A stretch of 64,000 nt of DNA. Source: an uncultured bacterium (GTDB lineage Bacteria > Auribacterota > Erginobacteria > Erginobacterales > Erginobacteraceae). The position numbers and the translations under genes are program-made. The notes beneath the pieces are model-generated. The model was given only the letters and a program-made list of their open reading frames with translations. It was not told the DNA's origin and made no database searches. The DNA is taken from assembly GCA_963822585.1 (NCBI GenBank), contig CAWGIE010000039.1, positions 97,800 through 161,799 on the forward strand, given 5' to 3'. Below are positions 10,367-19,310 of this stretch, piece by piece. Numbering within the stretch: position 1 is the first letter of the stretch; every line of letters starts with the position of its first letter.

Positions 10367-10475
10367 TCTTAGATGACCAACCTTCCCGGCAGACAGTCGT
10401 TAGTGTCAATTAGTGAAATTAGTGGACCTCTAAAGGGGGCCGGGCTGAGGGAGCATTCAGAGAAATCAGGTAAAA

Positions 10476-10526
10476 CTTGTCCTGTCGAAGATCCTGAGCG
10501 AAGTCGAAGGGAGTGAAGTCGAAGGA
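10476..10526. repeat. CTGAGCGAAGTCGAAGG-type REP-like insert, self-nested; second copy at 30108-30132
   Basis: cttgtcctg[tcgaagatcctgagcgaagtcgaaggg]agtgaagtcgaagga versus acttgtcctgagcgtagccgaagga. Confidence 0.6.
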
Positions 10527-10686
10527 GCAGGTGCAAAATATCAGGGGGCGACGCGTCTAAAAACTAAACATCGAACGTCGAACCTTCAACTTTCAACGTC
10601 GAATGAAAATTAGCCATCTGCCCAAATCATCCATCCTCTTCCATCACATTCAATCGTCTGTTCTCTTCAGGGGCCGAGGCGGGGGG

Positions 10687-11598
10687 TCAGGACCAGCGCT
10701 TGTAGATCCAGTTCCACTGGTCGGGGTATTTTCTGATCATCGTCTCCAGGCTCTGGTTCAGTTCCATCAGGATGGTGACGATATCCTCCTCCAGGTTACC
10801 CGTTCTCTTCGGACGGATAACCCGCTCGATGATGAAACGGTGCCGGAAGTCCTTCTGCCGGATGAAATAGACGCAGACGATGGGGGAGCCGGTCCGGAGG
10901 GCGAAGTAGGCCGGCCCCTGGTAGGTGGAGGCGGGGCGCCCGAAGAAGGGAATTTTGATCCCCCGGCTCCGGGCGTTCTCGTCGAAGAGGAGGCAGATCC
11001 CCTCATTCGCCTTCAGCCGCCTGGTTACCAGGGAGAGGTTCTTGTTGATGTCGATCAGCTTGTTTCTGTCCCGCATCCGGGACCAGAGACGGTTCAGATA
11101 CGGGTTGGTGGACGGCTTGTAGAGAACGGACATGGTGAGGCCGAGTCGGGCGCCTAAGTCGGCCAGCATCTCCCAGTTCCCCATGTGGGCGCCGGCATAG
11201 ATGGAGCCCTTCCCCTCCCCCAGCAGCTGATGGAGCAATACTTCGTCTTCCCGATCATAGTCGACAACCTGGAAAAACTCCCGGTCCGACATGGAGGGCA
11301 GCCGGGGAAACTCCAGCGCGGTCACCCCCATGTTCTCGTAGACCCGCTCCGCGATCCTGAGCATCTCCTCCTCCGTCATCTCATCCCCAAATACCCGGGT
11401 GAGATTATCCAGTGTCAGCTTCCGCCCGTATTTTACCCGGCGGAATGCGAATCGCCCCAGGGACCGCCCCCAGGAGACGGTCGTCTTCCAGGTGAGATGA
11501 CGGGCCATCCGGAAAAATGCCAGCGCGATCAGGTAAGCCAGGTACTTCCTGACCTTCGTGACATACCGGTTTTTTTTGATACGCTTCAGGATGTTCAT
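10687..11598 (-). CDS. Lipid A late acyltransferase (LpxL/HtrB-family lysophospholipid acyltransferase)
   Basis: HMGNWE, FFGRPA, YPDQWNWIYKRW. Confidence 0.9.
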   Translation of the reverse strand: MNILKRIKKNRYVTKVRKYLAYLIALAFFRMARHLTWKTTVSWGRSLGRFAFRRVKYGRKLTLDNLTRVFGDEMTEEEMLRIAERVYENMGVTALEFPRLPSMSDREFFQVVDYDREDEVLLHQLLGEGKGSIYAGAHMGNWEMLADLGARLGLTMSVLYKPSTNPYLNRLWSRMRDRNKLIDINKNLSLVTRRLKANEGICLLFDENARSRGIKIPFFGRPASTYQGPAYFALRTGSPIVCVYFIRQKDFRHRFIIERVIRPKRTGNLEEDIVTILMELNQSLETMIRKYPDQWNWIYKRWS

Positions 11599-11679
11599 TA
11601 GAACAGAGCGCCTTCGGGGCTAACTTTATGTTTCGGCAAAGTCCGGGGATTAAATAGATGGGTTAATGATTCCTAAAGT

Positions 11680-11866
11680 GGATATCAGGTTATCAGAGTA
11701 TCAGTGGGAAGAATACCAGGATATCAGGTTATCGGGCGACGCCGGCTCCCCTACCTGATCTCCTGATATTCCGATACTCTTCCTCCTGGTCTCCTGATCT
11801 CCTGATATTCTCCCTAACGGTCTCCTGATCTTCTCCCCACTGGTCCTCTGATTTCCTGATATTCTA
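11680..11866. repeat. 8-nt-periodic inverted-repeat intergenic element (gatatcag/ctgatctc)
   Basis: Left arm gatatcag-gttatcag-agtatcag; right arm ctgatctc-ctgatatt repeats. Confidence 0.75.
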
Positions 11867-11871
11867 TTCTC

Positions 11872-13401
11872 CTATTTCTCAAAGAGCTTGAAGAGCGTAT
11901 TCACCCCCTGGTCGATCGCCTGCTCCTTCTTCTCCCGTTTATCCTGTTTCTTCGTCCGTTCCTCGTCGGTCAGGTTCGGGTCCTCTTCCTTTTTCTGGTC
12001 CTTTTTCAGAAGTTCGTCTTTCAGCCAGGAGGTTGCCCCCCCCTGGATAAAGCGGGCGGCGAAGTCGTTCTGCAGGTTATCGGGCGTTCCCCAGACTTTG
12101 AAGGTGAAGACCTGGTACCCCGGAAAATCGGACGCGGGCGTGAAGGCTCCTCTGAGTTCTTTGGGTTTGATATCCCCGACCAGGTCATCGCTGAAGTTGA
12201 GCCCGACCAGAAGGTCCGTTTTCTGATCGTGAGCGAGATCGATGGTACCGCCGACCGTAAAGATCACGTTATGGGAATGGATGATCACCTTGGTCAATGT
12301 CACCACCTGCCGGGCGAGATCGAATTCGGCATCAGCCTGGTCGAACGTGATGACCTTGATATGCTCGTCATCCTTCATCAGTCCGGCGACCAGTTCCTGG
12401 ATCGGGTTTCCGGTTATCGTACCGTCCTTGATATCGAGGTCACCCTTCGCCGTCAGGGCATCGGATTGTTGGGCGTCCCCGCGGGCGGTGAAGGTGCCGA
12501 AAACTTTCCCCGTGATCTCCGTCTTCATCTCCGCCCCCCGAAACGGTTTTATCAGAAGGGGGATATCCAGGTTGTCCAGAGTGAGCTCGGCATGATAAGG
12601 GATCGTCGCCGGGTCTTGCAGGTCCGCGCCGGCGGTACCGTTCACTTTTCCGTCGGCCACCACGGCATCGATGGTCGCTTTCATTCCCCGGGCGCCCTGC
12701 AGCTGGAGATCTGCCCGTAGATCGCTGACCAGCCGGTCTCCTTTAAAACTGATCCCCCCGATAGTGAGCTGGCCCTCGATCTGCCGCGGTTCCGTCAGCT
12801 GGAGAATCCGGGCCGTGAGGTTCACCCCCTCCAGCTTCACGGGGTCGTATCCCCGCCCGGTTATCAGCTCCACCACACCGTCACGGATCTGGAGCGTTTC
12901 GATCGAAATCTTCCAGGCGGACTCTTTCTTCACCGGCGCCGGTTTCACCGCCGGTTTCTTTTTTCCTCCGGAGGCTGATCCCGGTTTTTGTTTGGGCGCG
13001 CCCGGGATAATCCATTTACCTTCAGCGTCTCTTTTTAACCTGATCAAGGGAGAGTCGATAATGATCCTGTCGATGCTGATTTTTTTGCTCAGAAGATCAC
13101 TCAAATTATATTTGAGGGTAACTTCATCAACGGTGAGAACCGACGGATCGCCGGCCACTGGAGAGGCGACGACAATCCCGGTCACCACAAATCCTTTGAA
13201 AATGGAAGCCGATAAGGAGCCCAGTGTGAGATCGACCCCCGCCTGTTTTTGTGCTTCAGTCTGAATCTTCTCCAGAAATGCGGGGGTATTCAGGTACTGA
13301 TTGAGATAGAGAACAGCCGCCACCCCGGCACCGATCAGCAGGATAACCACTATCACCACACCGATAACAATCTTTTTCCCGACTGACTTCTTTTTTTTCA
13401 T
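11872..13401 (-). CDS. AsmA family protein
   Basis: N-terminal TM anchor, beta-taco-like repeats, C-terminal VGGTIDL...KVWGTPDN. Confidence 0.8.
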   Translation of the reverse strand: MKKKKSVGKKIVIGVVIVVILLIGAGVAAVLYLNQYLNTPAFLEKIQTEAQKQAGVDLTLGSLSASIFKGFVVTGIVVASPVAGDPSVLTVDEVTLKYNLSDLLSKKISIDRIIIDSPLIRLKRDAEGKWIIPGAPKQKPGSASGGKKKPAVKPAPVKKESAWKISIETLQIRDGVVELITGRGYDPVKLEGVNLTARILQLTEPRQIEGQLTIGGISFKGDRLVSDLRADLQLQGARGMKATIDAVVADGKVNGTAGADLQDPATIPYHAELTLDNLDIPLLIKPFRGAEMKTEITGKVFGTFTARGDAQQSDALTAKGDLDIKDGTITGNPIQELVAGLMKDDEHIKVITFDQADAEFDLARQVVTLTKVIIHSHNVIFTVGGTIDLAHDQKTDLLVGLNFSDDLVGDIKPKELRGAFTPASDFPGYQVFTFKVWGTPDNLQNDFAARFIQGGATSWLKDELLKKDQKKEEDPNLTDEERTKKQDKREKKEQAIDQGVNTLFKLFEK

Positions 13402-13506
13402 ACCATCCCTCCCTTTTTTTTACTTGAAATCATCCGGCGGACAAACGTATACTGAATACAGCCTGAATAGAACCGATCTATCATCATTTTAATAATTAAA
13501 TATTTT

Positions 13507-14343
13507 ATGAAAGACCTCTATAACCGTGTTATCCAGCTACAGACTCTTTATTTCGCGAGAGATGAACAGCGGATCGGGGGAGACGGCAATAATCTGAAGG
13601 CCCTGGAATCATCCATCGCCGCGCTCCTGAAAAAGCTGCCGCCCGACACCGCGGACTTTTTCCAGGAACTTCAGGCTCGGACCCCCCCGGCGGCAGCCCC
13701 GGCGGTGAACGAAACCTGCTACGGATGCGGAATTGACCTGCCTACTTCTCTCTGCGCTGAACTGCTGCATATGGATCAGCTCATCCACTGTCCCAACTGC
13801 GCCCGCTATCTCTATCCGTACCAGGGAGAGCGACTGAATATCCGCGACGACATGCTCCGGCGGACTCTGCCCCATCTGGGGATAGAACGTTTCTCTTCCG
13901 AAAAACTGATGATCCCGAAGTTAAAAGCCGACGACAAAAAGAGCGCCATTACCGAGATCGCCGAGCTGATGGCTGACCAGATCTACTTTGACGACCCGCG
14001 GGTATTGATTGATAACGCCCTGGAAAGAGAGGCTATCATCAGCACCGCCGTTGAACATGGGCTTGCCTTTCCTCATGTCCGCGGCATAGACACCGGTTCC
14101 CTGACCGTGGCCCTGGGCTTGCATAAAAAGGGGATCAAGTTCGGAGCCCCGAACAACAGGCTCACAAAAATTATCTTCTTTATCGTTATCCCGATCGGCG
14201 CCAGTGCCTTCTATCTCACCCTTCTGGCGGGGTTGATCGAATCGCTCAGCACAGTCGAGGCGCGAAAGCAGTTACTGCAATCCTCCACCCAGGAGGAAAC
14301 CTGGAAAACACTGAAAAAGTTGACTAAAAAGCATATTCCGTAG
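13507..14343 (+). CDS. C4 zinc-ribbon (DUF164-like) plus PTS EIIA type-2 fusion protein
   Basis: CYGC..CPNC ribbon, then EREAIISTAVEHGLAFPH (phospho-His) EIIA domain. Confidence 0.85.
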   Translation: MKDLYNRVIQLQTLYFARDEQRIGGDGNNLKALESSIAALLKKLPPDTADFFQELQARTPPAAAPAVNETCYGCGIDLPTSLCAELLHMDQLIHCPNCARYLYPYQGERLNIRDDMLRRTLPHLGIERFSSEKLMIPKLKADDKKSAITEIAELMADQIYFDDPRVLIDNALEREAIISTAVEHGLAFPHVRGIDTGSLTVALGLHKKGIKFGAPNNRLTKIIFFIVIPIGASAFYLTLLAGLIESLSTVEARKQLLQSSTQEETWKTLKKLTKKHIP

Positions 14344-14412
14344 ACCGATGCTTCTCTTCCAAGTTAAGCTTTAGAATCAGACTCCTCCCCTCAAAAAGTT
14401 TTTTAAATAAAT

Positions 14413-14549
14413 TTCGAAACCCGAATGACGAAATCCGAAAGAATACCTAATAACAAATGATTGAAGGCAGAATTCTGTCGGCGCCCTGGCCACTTCGTCA
14501 TTCATGATTTGGATTTCATTCGTCATTCCTCATTCGGATTTCGTCATTT
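14413..14549. repeat. 7-nt-periodic inverted-repeat element (cgaaatc/ttcgtca)
   Basis: cgaaacc-cgaatga-cgaaatc ... ttcggat-ttcgtca. Confidence 0.7.
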
Positions 14550-14558
14550 CTACTTCGC

Positions 14559-16351
14559 TTAGCCTAATTTTAGTACCTCAATAAACGCTTTCTGGGGGAC
14601 CTGAACCTGCCCCACCATCTTCATCTTCTTCTTCCCCGCCTTCTGTTTCTTCAGGAGTTTATCCTTCCGGGTCCGGTCTCCCCCGTACAGTTTCGCCGTC
14701 ACATCTTTTCGGAAAGGGTTGATCGTCTCCCGGGCGATAATCTGCCCGTCGGCGGACGCCTGGATCGCGATCCGGAACATGTGGCGCGGGATCACCTCCT
14801 TCAACCGCTCCACCATCTTCAACCCCCGGGACCGGGCCTTTTCCCGATGCACCAGGCTCGAGAAAGCGTCCACGGGCTCCTGGTTAAGCAGGATATCCAG
14901 CTTCACCAGGGAACTCGGCCGATAACCGCTGTACTCATAATCCAGAGAGCCGTACCCGTGAGTCACCGACTTGATCAGGTCGTAGAAATCAATGACCACC
15001 TCGTTGAGGGGGAGTTCGAAGGTCAGGATGACACTGTTAAGACCGAGGCTCTCGGTCGCGGTGCACTCGCCCCGCCGATCCTGCGCCAGCTGCATGATCT
15101 GGCCGATATGTTCGTTCGGGGTGATGATAAAAGCCCGGATAAACGGCTCCCGGATTTCAACGATCTTGGTTCGATCCGGGAGGAGCATCGGGTTGTCGAG
15201 GATCGTCTGACGGCCATCGGTGGTCGTCACCTGGTAAACGACACTGGGGGTGGTCATAACCAGACTCAGGTCATATTCCCGCTGGAGACGCTCGTTAATG
15301 ATATCCATGTGGAGCAGACCTAAAAAGCCGCAGCGGAAACCGAAGCCGAGGGCCTGGGAGTTTTCCGCCTGATAGATGAAGGATGGATCATTAAGATGCA
15401 GTTTCTGGAGGGCGGCTTTCAGACCCTCATAATCGGCGCTGTTGATGGGATAGAGCCCGCTGAAAACCAGCGGCTGCAGTTCCTTAAATCCGGGGAGTGG
15501 TTCCGCACACGGTTTGGCCGAAGACGTCAGAGTATCCCCGATCATCACCTCGGACGGCTCTTTAATGTTAGCGATAATATACCCCACCTCGCCCGCGGTA
15601 AGCTCCCTCGCCGCCTCCATGGACGGCCGGAAGACGCCGACTTCCTGAACCTCGTACTCCCGGGCACTGTTCATAAGAAGCACCTTATCCCCGGCCATCA
15701 GGCGCCCGTTCACAAGACGGACGTAAACAATCACCCCCCGGAACGGATTATAGACGGAATCGAATATCAATGCCTCCAGCGGCCGGTCGTCGCGCCCGGG
15801 AGGGGGGAAACAACCTCGATCACTTTCGCCAGCAGATCGGAAACCCCGGCGCCGGTCTTGGCACTGATCCGGAAAATCTCCGCTTCGGTAAAACCGGCCA
15901 GATCCTTCAGCTGCCGGATACACCGGGGGACATCGGCATTGGGAAGGTCGATCTTGTTCAGCACCGGAATGATTTCAAGTCCCTGTTCGAGGGCCAGATA
16001 AAAATTGGCTACTGTCTGGGCCTGCACTCCCTGAGCGGCATCAACCAGAAGAATGGCCCCCTCGCAGGCGGAAAGGCTCCGGGACACCTCATATGAGAAA
16101 TCAACGTGACCGGGCGTATCAATCAGGTGCAGAGTATAGTCACCCTTGTCATCCGAACGGTACCGCATTTGCACGGGGTGGGATTTGATGGTGATACCCC
16201 GTTCCCGTTCCAGGTCCATGTCATCGAGTACCTGGTCCCGGAAATCGCGGGGTTTGATTGTCTCGGTGATCTCAAGGAAGCGATCGGCCAGGGTGGATTT
16301 TCCGTGATCGATATGAGCGATAATACAGAAATTTCGAATCGGATTTTCCAT
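14559..16351 (-). CDS. lepA: Elongation factor 4 (LepA), split by one frameshift at a G6 run (15802-15807)
   Basis: N-half [29 protein letters not shown]-half [23 protein letters not shown]; one added C restores [15 protein letters not shown]. Confidence 0.95.
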
Positions 16352-16403
16352 TGTTACTTATACCCTGCTTAAAAATGATTCACATTGAAAATAAATCAAT
16401 TAA

Positions 16404-16647
16404 AACCACGAAGGACACGAAGATCACGAAGATCATTCAAATAGACCGATACATTTGGCCGGGAAAAATGATCGGGCAATGTAGTGAATTTCAGGGGCAA
16501 ATAGTCTTAATCCGAAGGGAAGAGGAATATTTGACCGCGGATTTTTCAGAAAACTGAATTCGCGACTGCGGTTTTTCTCAGCTCCATATCGGGAGAGAAT
16601 TCGCAGATATCTTACAGATCTTCGTGTCCTTCGTGATCTTCGTGGTT
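16404..16647. repeat. 9-nt-periodic inverted-repeat element (cacgaagga); related copies at 1-26 and 63871-63953
   Basis: aaccacgaaggacacgaagatcacgaagatc / gatcttcgtgtccttcgtgatcttcgtggtt. Confidence 0.8.
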
Positions 16648-16684
16648 ATATTCCCCCCTATTGACAATCAGATGCCGGTGGTCG

Positions 16685-17641
16685 TCACTTTTTCATTTTA
16701 AACGGAGATTCCGTCGTCATGGCCAGTTCCGCCGGCTCGCCGAAGACGGTGGTATTCGGAGGCACCGACCTGGTGAGCCAGACATTCCCCCCGATCACCG
16801 ATCCCTTCCCGATAACCGTCCGCCCCCCCAGAATAGTGGCCCCGGCATAGATGGTCACGTTGTCTTTTATCGTGGGATGCCGTTTTTTGCCTCGGAAAAT
16901 CCCGGCATCGGCGGGCACCGTGAGGGCACCCAGTGTCACCCCCTGGTAGATCCGGACATGATCCCCGATGGCGGTGGTCTCCCCGATCACCACCCCTGTC
17001 CCGTGATCGATCATGAAGTAATGCCCGATGGCGGCGCCGGGATGAATATCAATCCCGGTCCGGGTATGGGCATATTCGGACATAATGCGGGGGAGCAGCG
17101 GTACTTTTTTCTTCCAGAGGACATGGGCAATCCGGTAGACGGTGATGGCGAACAGGCCCGGGTAGGCGAGGATGACCTCGTCCATGCTCTTGGCGGCGGG
17201 ATCACCGGCAAAATGGGCCCGAACGTCCTGGAAGAGCACCCCCCGGAGAGAAGGAAGTTCTCGGAAGAGAGCCCTGGTTATCTTCCGGGAACGGGTCAGG
17301 CAGCTTTCCTTGCCCTTGATATGGCATCTGGTTTCGTCGGGGCGGCACCTTTTCCAGTTTTTGCAAAAATAACGGAAGCATTTGTTGAGCTGATCCTCCA
17401 GTTGAGGGTAAATCTCCGCGCACTGCGTCCCCACCCAGTAACGCACATTGTCCTTATCAATCCCCCCCCTGTTAAAGAAACCCGGGAAGATAATCGTGAT
17501 CAGCGATTCCAGAGTCTCCACGATCTCACCCCGGGAGGGCAGATTCGGCCCCTTGATATGGTTGATTCCTCCGTAGCGGTTGTAGGAATCGATGATCCGG
17601 TCGACCGTACCCGCCAGAGTTTCCCGTCTTTTCGCCGTCAT
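16685..17641 (-). CDS. cysE: Serine O-acetyltransferase (EpsC type)
   Basis: GDPAAKS..EVILAYPG, TGIDIHPGA, IDHGTGVVIGET, YQGVTLG, KRHPT. Confidence 0.93.
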   Translation of the reverse strand: MTAKRRETLAGTVDRIIDSYNRYGGINHIKGPNLPSRGEIVETLESLITIIFPGFFNRGGIDKDNVRYWVGTQCAEIYPQLEDQLNKCFRYFCKNWKRCRPDETRCHIKGKESCLTRSRKITRALFRELPSLRGVLFQDVRAHFAGDPAAKSMDEVILAYPGLFAITVYRIAHVLWKKKVPLLPRIMSEYAHTRTGIDIHPGAAIGHYFMIDHGTGVVIGETTAIGDHVRIYQGVTLGALTVPADAGIFRGKKRHPTIKDNVTIYAGATILGGRTVIGKGSVIGGNVWLTRSVPPNTTVFGEPAELAMTTESPFKMKK

Positions 17642-17720
17642 TATAAAGACCCTCTCGAGATGTATGTCAGTTGATCAGTTCGGGATAATTAGAGCTTACT
17701 CGAAAAGCTCGTAAGCTCTC

Positions 17721-17903
17721 AAATCCTAATATCTTCAGCCAAAGGCTGATCCGCCTCCGGCGGAAAATACTAAATCCTAAATAATATCAAATGACCCAAA
17801 CTAAAAAATCCCAAACAATAGGGCTAAAACCCACGACATTTGAACTATTTGATCATTTTGATTTTTGATTTATTTAGAATTTCGATATTAGGATTTAGGA
17901 TTT
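17721..17903. repeat. 7-nt-periodic inverted-repeat element (aaatcct) carrying a nested 30-bp double hairpin at 17735-17764
   Basis: aaatcct-aatatct-[TCAGCCAAAGGCTGA TCCGCCTCCGGCGGA]-aaatact-aaatcct ... ttaggatttaggattt. Confidence 0.75.
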
Positions 17904-17941
17904 CCTGCTCGAAATCCTTTTCGAGCAGGGTATAGTTAGCC

Positions 17942-18022
17942 TGGAGTAATGGAGTACTGGAATACTGGAGTGTTGGAAAGCTGGTTTCCCATCACTCCAC
18001 TACTCCACTATTCCATCACTCC
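17942..18022. repeat. 8-nt-periodic inverted-repeat element (tggagtaa/ccatcact)
   Basis: Four units per arm, mutually reverse complementary. Confidence 0.8.
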
Positions 18023-18081
18023 TTTTTAATTGCATATTATAGTTTGAACCGATCCAGAAATCCAACTGCAGAGAGGAATTT

Positions 18082-18561
18082 TTACGACTGATACTTCTCG
18101 CGCAGACGGCTCAGGTAAACCAGGTGCTTTTGTTCTTCCCGGACCAGCTCGTCGATGACCTTCTTCCGCGGCGGGGCGAGAAACACACCCAGACCCCGGA
18201 AAAATAGAATCGCGTCTTTCTCGAAATCGATTCCTTTCTCGATCGCTGCAATGGGGGTCCGGAGACGGGCGGCCAGTTCCTCCGGGGAAACGTCGCGATA
18301 GAGCTGGTCATCGACCAGGGCTTTCATGTACTCGGCTTCCTCGCCCTGGAACGATTCCACCGGCTCTTCCTCGTCGATCTTCTCCCGTATACTCTGAAAT
18401 TTCCGGACGTGATCTTCCTCCCAATCCGACAGTCGGGCAAAAAGTTCTTTCATGTCAGCCTCCGGGGTCGAGGAGGCGACCGCGCCGTAGAAATCCCTTC
18501 TTCGCTTCTCTTTCTCGATCCCGATATCGACGACCTCCGCCATATTGAATATGCTTGCCAT
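18082..18561 (-). CDS. Ferritin-like / rubrerythrin family protein
   Basis: Two E..FY..ExxH repeats (EEDH, EQKH). Confidence 0.85.
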   Translation of the reverse strand: MASIFNMAEVVDIGIEKEKRRRDFYGAVASSTPEADMKELFARLSDWEEDHVRKFQSIREKIDEEEPVESFQGEEAEYMKALVDDQLYRDVSPEELAARLRTPIAAIEKGIDFEKDAILFFRGLGVFLAPPRKKVIDELVREEQKHLVYLSRLREKYQS

Positions 18562-18826
18562 CACTCCCTCCTACAAATTAGTGCCTGCGGCGCTAATTTA
18601 TATTGGACCACCCGCCTGATTCAGTCGGGTGGTCTGTTGGTTAATAAAAATATATTCGCCGTGGCGATACTATAAAAAAGCCTTATAACCTCAGCCCCCA
18701 ACGGCCAACTCAGACGTGTCATTTATATTAGGATAAAGAGGATATATATTATAACATACCGGCGGACGGGGAAAGAGCAATGATGAAATCGCCGTCCGAA
18801 ATACCAAGACAGAGGATTTGATGACA

Positions 18827-19291
18827 ATGAAACGCGCGGGCGTATTACTGATTGCCGCAGGTATACTCTTTGCGGGCTGGGGCGGTTTCTGGGCCTGGGT
18901 TTACAGATCTCCGCTCAGTGACCTTCCTCGCTACTGCCTCCTTCTGCCCGGTGTTTTCGATCTGAAAGAGGGGGCATACCGGCTGGGGCTGAAGAAGATC
19001 CCCGCAGGAGAAGAAAAACAATATCTGGCCAGGGTCGAGGAAAACCCGGGGGATTCGGAAGCTCACTTCATTCTCGGTTACATTTCCTACCGGCGGGGAA
19101 ATATGCCGGCGGCGCTCGCTTCCTACGGACGGGCGCTGGAGACGGGTTTTGCCGATCCCAAGATTCACTACTGGCTGGCAAGAGCCCATGCCGATGCCGG
19201 CGATCTCAAAGGGGCCGGTGAAGAGTACGCGAAACTCAAGAAAGCCGGACATCCTCTGGAAGCGAAATTGGCACGGCAGCTCGGCCGCTAA
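18827..19291 (+). CDS. Membrane-anchored TPR protein
   Basis: N-terminal TM; NPGDSEAHFILG and PKIHYWLA TPR motifs; start could be 18818, 18821 or 18827. Confidence 0.75.
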   Translation: MKRAGVLLIAAGILFAGWGGFWAWVYRSPLSDLPRYCLLLPGVFDLKEGAYRLGLKKIPAGEEKQYLARVEENPGDSEAHFILGYISYRRGNMPAALASYGRALETGFADPKIHYWLARAHADAGDLKGAGEEYAKLKKAGHPLEAKLARQLGR

Positions 19292-19310
19292 CAGTAATCA
19301 CGGCGAACAG

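Noticed and set aside
15802..15807. Programmed frameshift in lepA
   Set aside because: The shift sits in a homopolymer in a conserved gene for which I know no recoding, and other homopolymer indels occur in the window. An assembly error is more likely.
18608..18636. Hairpin before the ferritin-like gene as a riboswitch or iron element
   Set aside because: A single short stem with no recognisable aptamer; it resembles the other scattered palindromes.
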